Part shown: positions 37,751 to 45,926 of the stretch, piece by piece
Layout: the number at the start of each line of letters is the position of its first letter
Position numbering within the stretch: position 1 is the first letter of the stretch
Position numbers and translations under genes: made by a program
Notes under the pieces: model-generated
What the model was told of the DNA's origin: nothing
Databases searched by the model: none
The model's input: only the letters and a program-made list of their open reading frames with translations
IMG/VR virus record: IMGVR_UViG_3300046000_004279
Span: 1 to 64,000 of that record
DNA from: a virus
Direction: 5' to 3' (one strand)
Length of the DNA stretch: 64,000 nucleotides

Positions 37751-38109
37751 CATTGACAGTATTGACAGTCCCTATTAGTGTAGGTGATTTTATTGATCGC
37801 CTAAGTATCTTAACAATTAAAAACAACAAAGATCTTCCTGTATCGGATGAACTTGAACAATATGAACAACAATTTGCAGAGTTGTCTGCGTATTCGCGAT
37901 TCCATTACCTTGAAATGTTTTTAGCTGTCAATGCTCAGTTATGGGGATTGGAAGACCGAAAGCGCAGCAAGTTGCTTGAGGTTGGTTCAGAAGAATATGT
38001 AGAAGTATCTGAATTAATCACACATCTAAACGATCTAAGGTTCCAAATTAAAAAGAGCGCTGACAAATACTTTGGAAGTGCCATCTCAGAAAAGAAATCC
38101 CATGAGTGA
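37747..38109 (+). CDS. DUF6165-like protein
   Basis: VPISVGDFIDRLSILTIK, N..LW.LED, NDLRF.IK, SEKKS. Confidence 0.7.
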   Translation: MTLTVLTVPISVGDFIDRLSILTIKNNKDLPVSDELEQYEQQFAELSAYSRFHYLEMFLAVNAQLWGLEDRKRSKLLEVGSEEYVEVSELITHLNDLRFQIKKSADKYFGSAISEKKSHE

Positions 38110-38731
38110 ACACCTAGCAGCACTATTCAACAAGTATGAATGCGACAAAGCGTCTAAGCACAAGTATCATACTGTATATGGTCCTGAGCTAGAACACTTA
38201 CGACTTTCAGCGTATCCAATCAACATTCTTGAGGTTGGTGTGTTCAAAGGTGCAAGCACTGCTGCATGGCTTGAATACTTTCCTCATGCCACAATCTATT
38301 GTCTTGATATCTTCACTCGCGTTGACCCAAAAGACATTCCAGTGTTGAATGATCCTCGTGTCAAGTGGTTGAAAGGTGACTCAACTAACCTTGATGTGAT
38401 CACAAGTATCAAAGAGGCTTGGCCACGTATTCGGTTTGATGTTATTATTGACGATGGTCTTCACACCCCTCGTGCAAATGCTAGTACACTAGGTAACTTG
38501 TTTGGTTTACTGAAGGTAAACGGTGTTTACTTTATTGAAGATGTTTGGGCTCTTGATCAAATGACTAACAAACAACTTTCACACTATTGGATTCAAAATC
38601 ACAGTAGTGACTTGAATCTGCTTGAGAACCAGCAGTTCTTAAATGTGTTGGCTGACAAAACGGTAACACGTTTTGATCTACGAGAAGAAACAAAACACGC
38701 TGACAGCTACATTATTAAAGTGACAAAATGA
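38102..38731 (+). CDS. Class I SAM methyltransferase (sugar O-methyltransferase-like)
   Basis: DK..H.Y, ILEVGV..GAS, FDVIIDDGLH, YFIED. Confidence 0.82.
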   Translation: MSEHLAALFNKYECDKASKHKYHTVYGPELEHLRLSAYPINILEVGVFKGASTAAWLEYFPHATIYCLDIFTRVDPKDIPVLNDPRVKWLKGDSTNLDVITSIKEAWPRIRFDVIIDDGLHTPRANASTLGNLFGLLKVNGVYFIEDVWALDQMTNKQLSHYWIQNHSSDLNLLENQQFLNVLADKTVTRFDLREETKHADSYIIKVTK

Positions 38732-39420
38732 AAGCAGTATCAATCGTTATCAAAGACAATGCAGTCTCCGAGTTTGGATATTCCAGACTCGTAGAATCTT
38801 CTCAATCTGTTGATAATTATTTTGATATTGTAAGGTATGATGCTATCACGCCCGACAAGGTCGATAACTTCATGGAGATCTCAGGTATCAAATGGAATTA
38901 TCCTTGGGAGGGTGAGGTGGTTGACTTTGCTACTGGGTTAAAGAAGTCTGCATATAAGACAGTGAATCCAAAGGCGAGAATGGCGTGCGCTTGCAGTCAC
39001 TACAGTTTGTGGCAGGAAAGTTCTACAACCAATACCACAATGTTAATCCTTGAGCATGATGCTTACTTTACCAACAAGATTGATTTTGATCCCAAAGATA
39101 TCAAGGCAGATATTCTTGGAATCAACAATCCTCTTGGTGCAACTCGTAAGTCGCAACTTTACTATGATATGATTATGGAGTCTGCCGCAAGTTATCAACT
39201 TGCCCCATGGATTGACAATGTGTATGTGCCTCAAGGGCTTGCTGGTAACTCTGCCTACATAATAAAACCTAGTGGTGCTAAGCACTTGATTGAAATAGTT
39301 AAACAATACGGTCTGTGGCCGAATGACGCTATCATGTGTCGCCAACTTGTTCCAAGACTAGGCGTCACTCGCAAGTTTTACACCAACATTCAAGGATTGA
39401 AGAGCACAACATCATTATGA
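38728..39420 (+). CDS. Glycosyltransferase family 25-like
   Basis: CACSHYSLW, ILEHDA, AYIIKP.GAK.L. Confidence 0.8.
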   Translation: MKAVSIVIKDNAVSEFGYSRLVESSQSVDNYFDIVRYDAITPDKVDNFMEISGIKWNYPWEGEVVDFATGLKKSAYKTVNPKARMACACSHYSLWQESSTTNTTMLILEHDAYFTNKIDFDPKDIKADILGINNPLGATRKSQLYYDMIMESAASYQLAPWIDNVYVPQGLAGNSAYIIKPSGAKHLIEIVKQYGLWPNDAIMCRQLVPRLGVTRKFYTNIQGLKSTTSL

Positions 39421-40061
39421 AAAATTATGTAATTACGATCATTGATAACAAGAAATCGATTGAGGCTGCAGATCGTTGCATTGACTCTGGCGTAAAGCAA
39501 GGAATGTTAATTCAAAACTTCCGAGCAATCACTCCTCGTGATCCTATACGAGACATCTTGAAAAAACAAGGCATCTCTGATCAAGGATTTAAAGAGAAAT
39601 TCTCACGACTTGATAATTGCATTTCAGCATTCTTGTCACACTATGCATTGTGGAATCAATGTGCATTGGGTAAAGAAGAGTTTCAGATTTTCGAGCATGA
39701 TGCTATAATTGTCAATCAAATTCCAGAATTTATTGACTACAAGTATTGCATCTCTCTTGGAAAACCATCGTATGGTAAGTATCAAACACCAAACAACATA
39801 GGTGTCAATACTTTAACGTCTAAGCGGTATTTCCCGGGGGCACACGCGTATAGACTTAAACCAGCTGGTGCTAGACTACTAATTGCTCAAGCAAAGGTTC
39901 TGGCGCGCCCTACGGACATTTTCTTGACCCTAGATACTTTCCCATGGCTAGAAGAATACTATCCTTGGCCAGTTGAAGCTCACGATACGTTCTCAACGAT
40001 TCAACGGGCAGAAGGTTGTCTAGCAAAACATAACTATAGCGATAAATATGAAATCATTTGA
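39417..40061 (+). CDS. Glycosyltransferase family 25-like (paralog)
   Basis: FLSHYALW, IFEHDA, GAHAYRLKPAGA. Confidence 0.8.
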   Translation: MKNYVITIIDNKKSIEAADRCIDSGVKQGMLIQNFRAITPRDPIRDILKKQGISDQGFKEKFSRLDNCISAFLSHYALWNQCALGKEEFQIFEHDAIIVNQIPEFIDYKYCISLGKPSYGKYQTPNNIGVNTLTSKRYFPGAHAYRLKPAGARLLIAQAKVLARPTDIFLTLDTFPWLEEYYPWPVEAHDTFSTIQRAEGCLAKHNYSDKYEII

Positions 40062-40698
40062 TAAAGTGTTCCTCACGGGATGTGACAGTAAAACTGAGTG
40101 GATGTTACCTTGGTTTTTGAAAAACTTCAATAAACATAACAAAACCCCAATAGTGTTTGCAGACTTCGGTGTAAGTGAACAGGGTCTTAACTACGCATCG
40201 TCTTGTGCTAGTGTTATTGATATGACGTCTACAGGTGGTCAAGGGTGGTTTAAAAAACCTCAATCTATGATTGAAGCTTCAAAACTTTCTCATAAAGTTT
40301 GTTGGATAGATACTGACTGTCATATACTTGCGGATCTAAAAGGTGTGTTTGACCTAATAGAACCAAACAAACTAGCAATGGTTGAAGACATTCCATGGTC
40401 AAAACGCAGACAAGAAGTGTGGCACAATACAGGTGTTGTAGCGTTTGAAGACCGCCCGTTGATCTTGGATGAGTGGTTTAAAGCTGTCAAATCCAATCCT
40501 GTTCAAGGTGACCAAGAAGTATTACATACGATCCTAAGAAAGGATCTTAAACGTCAAATAAACACAACATCATTACCACAAGAATACAACTGGCTTCGTT
40601 TGATGTTGCAAGATGGTGTTGATAGTAAAAAAAAGAAAGTGATGCATTGGACAGGTCCAAAAGGCAAAGAATATATCAAAGGTATTGTTAATGACTAG
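40048..40698 (+). CDS. GT-A glycosyltransferase
   Basis: WFKKP, WIDTD, NTGVV, GDQEVL, MHWTG. Confidence 0.78.
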   Translation: MKSFDKVFLTGCDSKTEWMLPWFLKNFNKHNKTPIVFADFGVSEQGLNYASSCASVIDMTSTGGQGWFKKPQSMIEASKLSHKVCWIDTDCHILADLKGVFDLIEPNKLAMVEDIPWSKRRQEVWHNTGVVAFEDRPLILDEWFKAVKSNPVQGDQEVLHTILRKDLKRQINTTSLPQEYNWLRLMLQDGVDSKKKKVMHWTGPKGKEYIKGIVND

Positions 40699-41284
40699 AA
40701 CTGCTCATGTGATTGGAAATGGTGATAGCGCTTCAAGGTATAATCCCGCTAAAGGGTTCAAGATTACTTGTAACCTTCCACCATTCGCTGTAGAGAATGT
40801 TTATGCTAGCTGCATAGTCGATTTCAAGATGATGAATGCAATCAAAGAAGGTAGCGTAATCGTCCCAGGAGAATGGGTACTTGGTGCAAGACCTAAGAAA
40901 TTTATGGAGTTAAATCCTCAGTTTAATTTGAAGTATGCCAATCAAGTAAAAGAATACTATGATGTACTACCAAAGTATGCTGGTAACTATACAAACTTCA
41001 ACTGTGGTCACATGGCTGTTCACTATTCGGCAAACAAACTGAAGTGTGATGAGATCCACATGTATGGGTTCGATTCGATCTTTGACTTCAATCTTCGTAG
41101 TTCTAGTGACCTATACCTTGTAAGCGATAGAGAAGCAAACAACAGTCTCAGACTTTCCAACAACTGGCGTCCTATCTGGCAAGATATGTTCAAAGAGTTT
41201 CCCAACACTAAGTTTGTCCTTCATCATAAACACAATCAAATCAAGTTTCCTGTTGGAAAAAATGTTGAGATCGTTACAAATTAG
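40691..41284 (+). CDS. Glycosyltransferase-like protein (sialyltransferase/Maf-like fold)
   Basis: VIGNG.S, NCGH.A, IHMYGFD. Confidence 0.6.
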   Translation: MTRTAHVIGNGDSASRYNPAKGFKITCNLPPFAVENVYASCIVDFKMMNAIKEGSVIVPGEWVLGARPKKFMELNPQFNLKYANQVKEYYDVLPKYAGNYTNFNCGHMAVHYSANKLKCDEIHMYGFDSIFDFNLRSSSDLYLVSDREANNSLRLSNNWRPIWQDMFKEFPNTKFVLHHKHNQIKFPVGKNVEIVTN

Positions 41285-41289
41285 GGCTT

Positions 41290-41319
41290 GACTTTTCCGA
41301 CAAACACTGTATAATAAAG
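41290..41319 (+). promoter_or_regulatory. Early sigma70-type promoter
   Basis: TTGACT...TATAAT; similar promoters near 13708, 41722, 49708, 50302 and 60848. Confidence 0.65.
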
Positions 41320-41346
41320 CTGTGATTGTTAACGAGGGTCAATAAC

Positions 41347-41736
41347 ATGATCTACACGGTTGAAGGCGGAACCAAAGCTCAGCGTAAGGTTGTCGATTCG
41401 GCAATGTCTTATGTAGTGCATATACTTAAAATCCCAAATAAAGTTCATGTTGAAATTGTTCTTGGAAAGTTTATCTCTCACGGGGTGCGAGAAGATAGCA
41501 AGAACAGCTTTGAAATTGAAATTTGCAAAGATGTGAATGATGCAGAGATCGCTTACACAGTATTCCACGAGATGAAGCATGTTGAACAACTAGCTAGTGG
41601 ACGATTGCGCCATCAGGGATTTATTACGTTTTGGGAAGGTAAAGACATGCCTCTTACTGAGTACCACCAGCGCCCTTGGGAAATTGAAGCATTTAAATTT
41701 GAGAAAAATGCCGATTCTATCTTGACATTTGTTTAG
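41347..41736 (+). CDS. Putative zinc metallopeptidase
   Basis: HEMKH (HExxH) plus PWEIEA. Confidence 0.75.
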   Translation: MIYTVEGGTKAQRKVVDSAMSYVVHILKIPNKVHVEIVLGKFISHGVREDSKNSFEIEICKDVNDAEIAYTVFHEMKHVEQLASGRLRHQGFITFWEGKDMPLTEYHQRPWEIEAFKFEKNADSILTFV

Positions 41737-41777
41737 AGATGTACTATATTAATAGTATGAACAAAGGAGAGATCACA

Positions 41778-41960
41778 ATGAACGGCTTTGACTATCAATC
41801 TGCCACTGAAGTGGCGATTCGTCTTGCTGGTGTTGCTCGTCGTGCCATCCTGTTTGGTCAAAGTCGCGAACGGATCATTGAAGAGATCTTGTTCTTGTCA
41901 GAAGACTACGCTAAGGTCGCTGCACAAATTGAAGTTCACATGGAAAAGGAAGCTGCATAA
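41778..41960 (+). CDS. Hypothetical early protein
   Basis: AAGGAG RBS; early promoter. Confidence 0.7.
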   Translation: MNGFDYQSATEVAIRLAGVARRAILFGQSRERIIEEILFLSEDYAKVAAQIEVHMEKEAA

Positions 41961-42142
41961 TGGATAATGTAATGCGTGACGAAGTTGCTCGGTTGTATCC
42001 AGCAAATGTATCAAGTGACTTTGAGAACAATGTTCGCGGTGAGCTCATTGATTGGATTTTGCTTGCACCTACACCAATCAAGTTGACTGGTATGGACATG
42101 AAAGATGTAATTAAAATGTTTTGGAACGAAAGGCTAAACTGA
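41960..42142 (+). CDS. Hypothetical protein
   Basis: Translationally coupled. Confidence 0.65.
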   Translation: MDNVMRDEVARLYPANVSSDFENNVRGELIDWILLAPTPIKLTGMDMKDVIKMFWNERLN

Positions 42143-42336
42143 TGGCTGATAGAAATGTAAGTGTTCAAGTAGGTCCTAACTTCTTAGGTCTCTTGACTAT
42201 CGTGTTCATTACCCTTAAACTGACTGGATACATTGCATGGTCGTGGTGGTGGGTTCTTTCGCCGCTGTGGCTGGGTTTTGTTGTAGCCATTACCATATTC
42301 CTCATCATAGCAATTATTGCAGGATTGTTCAAATGA
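42142..42336 (+). CDS. Small membrane protein
   Basis: LTIVFITLKLTGYIAWSWWWVLSPLW motif common in phages. Confidence 0.75.
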   Translation: MADRNVSVQVGPNFLGLLTIVFITLKLTGYIAWSWWWVLSPLWLGFVVAITIFLIIAIIAGLFK

Positions 42337-42710
42337 AAACTCTCGTAGCTATCGCACTACTGTTTGCTACATCTGCTTCCGCAGATACTGTTCGTGCAAC
42401 TATCAAAGACCATTATGAATGGCAAGATGTTAACATACCAATTACGCAGACTTATTGTAAGCAGAAGTCTGGTGGTCAAGGTGCTCTCGAAGGTATGATC
42501 ATTGGTGGTCTACTTGGTAAAGGGATCACTGGTGATGACGAAGGTGCTATTGGTGGTGCAGTTATCGGTGGTATAATCGGTGCTGATAAAGCTGGTCGTA
42601 AGTGTTGGGACGAGACTACATATTACACTGAGACAACTCAAGTGTATGCGTATAGCACGATCACTTTCACTCAAGATGGTCAAACATACACCGTGGACTT
42701 TTATAAATAA
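42333..42710 (+). CDS. Exported glycine-zipper protein
   Basis: Signal peptide; GMIIGGLLG...GAVIGGIIG. Confidence 0.75.
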   Translation: MKTLVAIALLFATSASADTVRATIKDHYEWQDVNIPITQTYCKQKSGGQGALEGMIIGGLLGKGITGDDEGAIGGAVIGGIIGADKAGRKCWDETTYYTETTQVYAYSTITFTQDGQTYTVDFYK

Positions 42711-42716
42711 GACATT

Positions 42717-42793
42717 GCTTCCGTAGCACAACTGGATAGTGCAAGAGATTTCTACTCTCTAGGTTGTGGGTTCGAGTCCTACCGGAAGCACCA
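42717..42793 (+). tRNA. tRNA-Arg(TCT)
   Basis: Cloverleaf with CCA; late promoter TATAAATA at 42702. Confidence 0.92.
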
Positions 42794-42798
42794 ACATT

Positions 42799-42874
42799 GC
42801 CCATGTAGGCCAAAGGTAGAGTCAGGAGACTTAAAATCTTCACAGTGTCGGTTCGAGTCCGACCATGGGCACCA
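42799..42874 (+). tRNA. tRNA-Leu(TAA), short variable loop
   Basis: GGAGA-CTTAAAA-TCTTC; CCA. Confidence 0.88.
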
Positions 42875-42892
42875 ATCTTCTAAGGGGTTTAA

Positions 42893-43048
42893 ATGAGTAG
42901 CACAGAGTACGCCGAACTTGCAGGATTGACTATCGCGTTGAGTCGTTTAAGTCTCACCGCTGAAATACATAGAGATAGAGAGTGGGCTTTTGTTACTACT
43001 TGGATGACAGAACGCATCAATAATTTAAACAACAAAAAGAGACCATAA
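42893..43048 (+). CDS. Small hypothetical protein
   Basis: AAGGGG RBS; coupled to the next ORF. Confidence 0.5.
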   Translation: MSSTEYAELAGLTIALSRLSLTAEIHRDREWAFVTTWMTERINNLNNKKRP

Positions 43049-43221
43049 TGTTTTACGTAAAAGAACACGGATTCTACTATGAAAAAAAGCACGGACCATA
43101 CAGCACGTTGAAGGAAGCTATGGCTAACAAGCCGCCTGACAAGACATTTGGGCGCGAAGAAGCCTGTGTGGTATTTACGATTGAATCTACTGAAGGCACG
43201 GTTCAACTGCTAAACGAATAA
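43048..43221 (+). CDS. Small hypothetical protein
   Basis: TAATG coupling. Confidence 0.5.
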   Translation: MFYVKEHGFYYEKKHGPYSTLKEAMANKPPDKTFGREEACVVFTIESTEGTVQLLNE

Positions 43222-43222
43222 T

Positions 43223-43313
43223 GGAAGTGGGCGTTAGACGCAAGAGGGACTTATAAACCCTTCAGCAGTAGATGACTGTTCTCGACTGGGAGCGTAACCC
43301 AGCACTTCTACCA
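43223..43313 (+). tRNA. Atypical tRNA with TAT anticodon and long variable arm
   Basis: GGAAGTG/CACTTCT acceptor, CTTATAA loop, GCAGT/ACTGT V-arm, T-loop AGCGTAA, CCA. Confidence 0.7.
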
Positions 43314-43314
43314 T

Positions 43315-43390
43315 GATCCTATAGCTCAGTGGTTAGAGCTGGGCGCTCATAACGCCTAGGTCCGAGGTTCGAATCCTCGTGGGATCACCA
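43315..43390 (+). tRNA. tRNA CAT anticodon, probably Ile2 (lysidine) rather than Met
   Basis: Cloverleaf; C4-G69/C5-G68 as in Ile2. Confidence 0.85.
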
Positions 43391-43427
43391 TTAAAAATGT
43401 ATAAATATATCAAAAATGAGATATCAA

Positions 43428-44483
43428 ATGTTACGTTTTAAAAAAGTCTTTATGGAAAGTGGTTTAAATTCAAAAGCGGGTAACCCTGAGAATTTTGATT
43501 TACACAGTAAAAAATACGACACTGAAGGTGATCGACATACTCAAAAGTATATTGCGCCTTACTTGCCTGGCAAAATTTCTCATGCGCAAGGCACACACAG
43601 AGTAAATGGGGATGTTTCTTCAGATATTCCAAAAGGTTCTAATGTAACAATTCATGGCCATTCAATTGTTAACAACAGGCATCATGTAACTATTTCTGCA
43701 GTTGGAAGTAATAAAAAAGTTACAGTAGCTACAAGCAAACTGAACAAACCCACAGGTTCTACTACCATTGAAAATGAAGGTCATAAGTATGAGAAGTCGA
43801 CATTTGATAGATTTAAAAGTCATGGATTAATTCCTGATGGATATAGTCCAGCTGGATCCACTGCTGGTACGGATGTTCCTATCATAAACAAAAGACAAAA
43901 AACTCACCACCAAGGTCGAATTGTTGCCGATGACAAAGCATTGTTATCAGGCGAAGTTAAAAAAGATACTACAGCAGCATTTGGACAGATAACTGTTAGA
44001 CATGATCCTCAAAAGGGCGGATGGCATATTCCCGATAATAACAGAGGAAAAAGACCCAGCTATGCATCCGAAGTTGAAAAAGCTGGTTTAATAGACCACT
44101 TAAACAAAACCGCCAGTGATCCTACTAAAACGACAAAAACTGCTTCTGGTCGAGTTAAAACTGAAAGAATTACACATCCAGATCTTAAACCCGCAGAATC
44201 ATATTTGACTGATCACCATGTTGACGTGTTACACGTGGGCGGCGGTCATGGTACGTATAGTGTCGGTGAGAAAGATGTTACTGACCACGGTCTACCTAGG
44301 CTATCTGGTAAAGGATTATGGACAATTCGTCAAAAACAAACAGGTGCGAATGCACATAATACTAGAACTATCATGTTCCAGCCACATGGCAAAGCTGGAC
44401 TAAATAATAGTCATATTAATCTTGATGATGATTCGCATATAGAATCTTTCAAGAAAACCTTGGGTCACTCTACTTCGTCATAA
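43428..44483 (+). CDS. Late protein, putative PD-(D/E)XK nuclease fold
   Basis: TATAAATA at 43400; KYE...GTDVPII...GEVKK; KPTG motif shared with the 16068 protein; start 43416 or 43428. Confidence 0.55.
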   Translation: MLRFKKVFMESGLNSKAGNPENFDLHSKKYDTEGDRHTQKYIAPYLPGKISHAQGTHRVNGDVSSDIPKGSNVTIHGHSIVNNRHHVTISAVGSNKKVTVATSKLNKPTGSTTIENEGHKYEKSTFDRFKSHGLIPDGYSPAGSTAGTDVPIINKRQKTHHQGRIVADDKALLSGEVKKDTTAAFGQITVRHDPQKGGWHIPDNNRGKRPSYASEVEKAGLIDHLNKTASDPTKTTKTASGRVKTERITHPDLKPAESYLTDHHVDVLHVGGGHGTYSVGEKDVTDHGLPRLSGKGLWTIRQKQTGANAHNTRTIMFQPHGKAGLNNSHINLDDDSHIESFKKTLGHSTSS

Positions 44484-44610
44484 CAATCTATAAAACAGGA
44501 TATTCAAATGGAACCTTTAATAGAAAAGACTTAAGATTGTTCTTGCATCCGCATTTTCATTAAAAACTTCGTTGGATGTTAAAAAGTTTTCATGGAGCGT
44601 AAAAAAACGC

Positions 44611-44640
44611 TTGACTTACAATAACAAAGTACTATATAAT
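44611..44640 (+). promoter_or_regulatory. sigma70 promoter for leader and tRNA operon
   Basis: TTGACT-18 nt-TATAAT. Confidence 0.7.
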
Positions 44641-44670
44641 AGAAGTACGAACAAAGGAACTCTATTGCAA

Positions 44671-44757
44671 ATGACTTCGCTGCATAAACAAAATCAATCC
44701 TGGTTTATGACCCCGCTCTGCGGCGAGTATATTCGCATGTGTGGAGGCTCTATGTAA
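44671..44757 (+). CDS. Putative attenuator leader peptide MTSLHKQNQSWFMTPLCGEYIRMCGGSM
   Basis: AAGGA RBS (in-frame TTG at 44665 is an alternative start); last codons overlap the antiterminator arm. Confidence 0.6.
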   Translation: MTSLHKQNQSWFMTPLCGEYIRMCGGSM

Positions 44758-44784
44758 CGTATATCAAAGATATACCTTATCAAA

Positions 44785-44819
44785 GAGCCCTCCCAGATGA
44801 AAATCTTGGAGGGTTTTTT
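44785..44819 (+). terminator. Intrinsic terminator (attenuator) directly before tRNA-Cys
   Basis: CCCTCC-c-AGAT-GAAA-ATCT-t-GGAGGG followed by T6. Confidence 0.8.
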
Positions 44820-44824
44820 AATAC

Positions 44825-44902
44825 GGTGTGGTGCTCGAGTGGCCCAAGGGAACGGATTGCAAATCCGTAAAGTCGTGAGTTCGAATCTCACCCACACCTC
44901 CA
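44825..44902 (+). tRNA. tRNA-Cys(GCA)
   Basis: ACGGA-TTGCAAA-TCCGT; U73; CCA. Confidence 0.92.
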
Positions 44903-44904
44903 AT

Positions 44905-44978
44905 GTTGGTGTAGCTCAATGGTAGAGCTGCGGTGGTCAGCACCGTGCGTGAGAGTTCGATTCTCTCCACCTTCGCCA
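44905..44978 (+). tRNA. tRNA-Trp paralog with abnormal loop GG-TCA-GC
   Basis: Nearly identical to 45057-45130 except for the anticodon loop and one flanking base. Confidence 0.6.
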
Positions 44979-44982
44979 ATTC

Positions 44983-45054
44983 GGTGTGGCAGCTTGGTGC
45001 TGACTTGGGTCTCATAAGCCCGAAGAGAAAGTTCGATTCTTTCCCACACCACCA
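44983..45054 (+). tRNA. tRNA-Met(CAT) with reduced D arm
   Basis: GGTGTGG/CCACACC acceptor; CTCATAA loop; CCA. Confidence 0.75.
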
Positions 45055-45056
45055 AT

Positions 45057-45130
45057 GTTGGTGTAGCTCAATGGTAGAGCGGCGGTCTCCAAAACCGTGC
45101 GTGAGAGTTCGATTCTCTCCACCTTCGCCA
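45057..45130 (+). tRNA. tRNA-Trp(CCA)
   Basis: GCGGT-CTCCAAA-ACCGT; G73; U.U mismatches at acceptor pairs 2-3. Confidence 0.85.
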
Positions 45131-45218
45131 AAATAACTGTTGACATTTGTGTAGAAAAGGTCTATATTAAGTTAACAGGGGGAAATTAATTCGAATCAAT
45201 CTCTCTTGCTCTTTCAAA
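45130..45218 (+). promoter_or_regulatory. sigma70 promoter plus boxA-like element (leader 1)
   Basis: TTGACA(45140)-17-TATATT; TGCTCTTTCAAA at 45207. Confidence 0.7.
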
Positions 45219-45266
45219 CTAACTAGAAAATGTCCTAGCGTAAGCGATGATGGACTGGAAACAGAT

Positions 45267-45384
45267 AACTCTGTTTTCATTGGGGTGGTGCTTGGTGCTC
45301 GCTTAGTCTCTTGCAGGAGACGGTGGCTAGCTGCAACTAGTGAGCAAGGTTCGATTCCTTGGCCACCTCATTGAAAACAGAGTT
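45267..45384 (+). ncRNA. tRNA-like structured RNA inside a long closing stem
   Basis: AACTCTGTTTTCA/TGAAAACAGAGTT stem; inner GGGGTGGT/GCCACCTC helix and T-arm CAAGG-TTCGATT-CCTTG. Confidence 0.65.
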
Positions 45385-45386
45385 TT

Positions 45387-45461
45387 TGGGGGATAGCATA
45401 GTGGTTTTGCAGCAGACTTTGAATCTGTTGATCGTAGGTTCGAATCCTACTCCCCCAACCA
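45387..45461 (+). tRNA. tRNA-Gln(TTG)
   Basis: GCAGA-CTTTGAA-TCTGT; U1-A72; CCA. Confidence 0.9.
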
Positions 45462-45465
45462 ATAT

Positions 45466-45540
45466 GTCTTGGTAGCTCATTGGTAGAGCGAAGGTCTGAA
45501 AAACCTTGCGTAGGGAGTTCGATTCTCCCCCTTGGCACCA
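45466..45540 (+). tRNA. tRNA-Phe(GAA)
   Basis: AAGGT-CTGAAAA-ACCTT; U.U mismatches at acceptor pairs 4-5. Confidence 0.88.
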
Positions 45541-45560
45541 TATAACATAAGGAATATACA

Positions 45561-45794
45561 ATGAAGATTGGTGATAAAGTTATCCATACTAAGCAATGGA
45601 ATCAATATAAGGGTTGGGTTGGGACTATTGTGTCGCTTAGTCCATTAATTGAAGGATTTGTTTTTGTTAAGTGGGATACACGTATTGATCCTGATGGTAA
45701 TGTCTTTAAAGATTCTTTAGAATCGGATGGTATGCTTCAACACGTTCTTGAGTTAACACTATACCAACCTGTGTCAGATCCAGCTGCACATTAA
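45561..45794 (+). CDS. Hypothetical SH3-like protein
   Basis: AAGGA RBS; MKIGDKV..GTIV..VKWD. Confidence 0.7.
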   Translation: MKIGDKVIHTKQWNQYKGWVGTIVSLSPLIEGFVFVKWDTRIDPDGNVFKDSLESDGMLQHVLELTLYQPVSDPAAH

Positions 45795-45815
45795 AAGAAT
45801 TTCTGGCTGAATTTT

Positions 45816-45890
45816 GGTCCTATAGCTCAGTGGTAGAGCAAAGAGCTGATAACTCTTAGGTCAGGTGTTCAATTCACCTTAGGACTACCA
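45816..45890 (+). tRNA. tRNA-Ile(GAT)
   Basis: AAGAG-CTGATAA-CTCTT; CCA. Confidence 0.92.
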
Positions 45891-45926
45891 AAGTCAAACC
45901 TAGTTGATCTCGAAAGTCGCTAGGTC

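Noticed and set aside
44905-44978. UGA stop-codon reassignment implied by a UCA tRNA
   Set aside because: Many well-defined genes end in TGA with normal coupling, ORFs are not fragmented, and the loop lacks U33.
45282-45370. tRNA-Sec, selC*-like tRNA or Y RNA (YrlA)
   Set aside because: No UCA or 7-nt anticodon loop and no long D stem; arm order is not the permuted YrlA order; no Ro60 gene seen in the window.
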